The position numbers and the translations under genes were made by a program. Source: Antedon mediterranea (Eukaryota > Animalia > Echinodermata). From it: a stretch of 64,000 nucleotides of DNA. The notes under the pieces were generated by a model, which was not told the origin of the DNA, did no database searches, and saw nothing but the letters and a program-made list of their open reading frames with translations. The stretch is from NCBI RefSeq assembly GCF_964355755.1, contig NC_092674.1, positions 14,446,001-14,510,000 on the forward strand, in the 5' to 3' direction. Positions 62,301 to 64,000 of the stretch are shown one piece after another (positions within the stretch are counted from its first letter, which is position 1; each line of letters begins with the position of its first letter).

Positions 62301-64000
62301 GCATATAATGTCAACAAAACTTTAGAATATATGATTTGATTTGAAAATAACTACTGCAATTTTAGTTGATTTGCATTTGATTGTTAACGATTCTATATTG
62401 ATTTGTTTGCGAATTGTTCTTATTGGAGAATTGCACAATCGATTGTACTTATTATTGACATATTGATGTTCATAGTGCTACACAATGCATAATGTAACTG
62501 GACGTACATGGCTTACATTTTAATATACATTCGGTTATCAATCTGTTAAGTACTATTGTTTTTTTGTCCGTTAATGATATATTGCAGTTGGATAATAAAC
62601 ATTTTTTTTTAATTTCACATTTATAACATAGGCCTATGGTCCCACAATATGGATCTTTGTGGTTAATTAATATCTGAGTTTCTATTATTTACCATTTTTA
62701 TCAGTCTTTTAAAACTTTTATTTTAGAATTTTACTGCAAACCTTACTTTATAGTCGTCGTCGTGAAAACTGTATGACAAAATCAAATACAACATAATTCT
62801 TTGTTGGAACTAATCAACACAATGTAAACACTGTGCACACCATACTTGAAAGTAGGTCTACACACATTTTGACAACAACGTTTTGTTAATAAATTTTCCT
62901 ATAATTAGGATTAGGGACTGAATTTAAGAAAAAACATATGCATGAATTGCAAGGGAGCAAACACAAGCAATTGCCTGTACAACATTTATACCGACTGTCG
63001 ACCTATATTCGAAATCAGCAACTGTGAAGCAAAAGAAGCAGCGCCCTCAACATCACTCAACCATTGTTTTCCTGAGCGTCTCGTCATTGTTAACAGTCTA
63101 TGTGTAATCTCATTAACAACCACCGTACATTTTTAAAAGGATAATTATTTATTTTGATTAAATAAAAACAAATAAAAAAAAAATGTCAGACAATGTTGTG
63201 CATTTTCTTTGTATTAGATTTATATTTTAGATTAAAATCATTGTTTACTTCATTGCAATATTTTAATTTCAAATAACCATTTATTTAAATTTAATAAATT
63301 AAATACATTAATATGAAAGCCTCGTCTTACAACGATTGCATCGTAATGATTACCTCGTATTTAGGTTGCTTAATTTTTAGTTGATAATCTAGCTAATTTA
63401 GCCATGCGTTCGTTTATCGTAAGTTTCTCATTTATCAAATGATAAAAACTCTGTACATGTATTGATTTGGGTTCATTCCAGTTATGAAAACAGACGTTTT
63501 AATTCAAGATAATAGTGAATATAGAAACATTCTGTTTCACACCAATTTGAGACTCGATATCAAAATGATAGGTAAAGCACAATGCGAGGTTCATCTGTAG
63601 ATTACTGAAAGTGTTTCCCCAATTATAATGGAAATAAGATTGTATATCAAATACGCCGTTGGGCTTTAGTTATTTCTTAATAACTCTTAAGATATTATTA
63701 TTTTAGTGCTTGTATCTGTTTAACACTGAACCGATATTCTTTCAATCTTTGTACTGTATACATGGTCGTATAGAAGTAAGTTATTTGGTTCAATCTGATG
63801 TGGCATACACTTTTAACACTGCAGTTGTCAGTTCCATTATGGACGTTTTAAATTTATTTCAAATTGTCGTTTACCAATGAATGCATTATGCAACTGTGCA
63901 TCAATCTGAGTTATGCAATATCAATGCAAATTCGTAATCGGATTTACTTGGAACATCAGGTTCAATCTACACAAAGATTTGTTTCTTCTCTCTGATAGGA

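Overview
AT-rich eukaryotic (invertebrate, plausibly echinoderm) genomic DNA with short GT-AG exons and many transposons; no prokaryotic or CRISPR features. The dominant feature is an apparently complete 35-exon minus-strand gene (ATG 56770 to TAA 19466; hand-assembled CDS 6018 nt, about 2005 aa, splice phases consistent). It encodes a giant GRL101/RXFP-type leucine-rich-repeat GPCR: signal peptide - fucolectin (FTP) - Cys-rich/EGF-like - 4 LDLa - C-type lectin - 2 SRCR - 2 CUB - C-type lectin - 7 LDLa - LRRNT/LRRs - hinge - 7TM. Two further exons add a cytoplasmic tail resembling a catalytically dead protein-kinase C-lobe. Left of it are the 3' half of an SLC22 transporter gene (+) and a fragmentary tandem death-domain gene (-). 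Mobile DNA includes several non-autonomous Helitron families (two perfect head-to-tail junctions), a near-intact RTE LINE with TSD, a CR1-group LINE, Penelope-type repeats carrying minimal hammerhead ribozymes, a tRNA-like-module element in inverted copies, a 2.1-kb foldback element, MITEs and minisatellites. All gene models were built by eye without tools.
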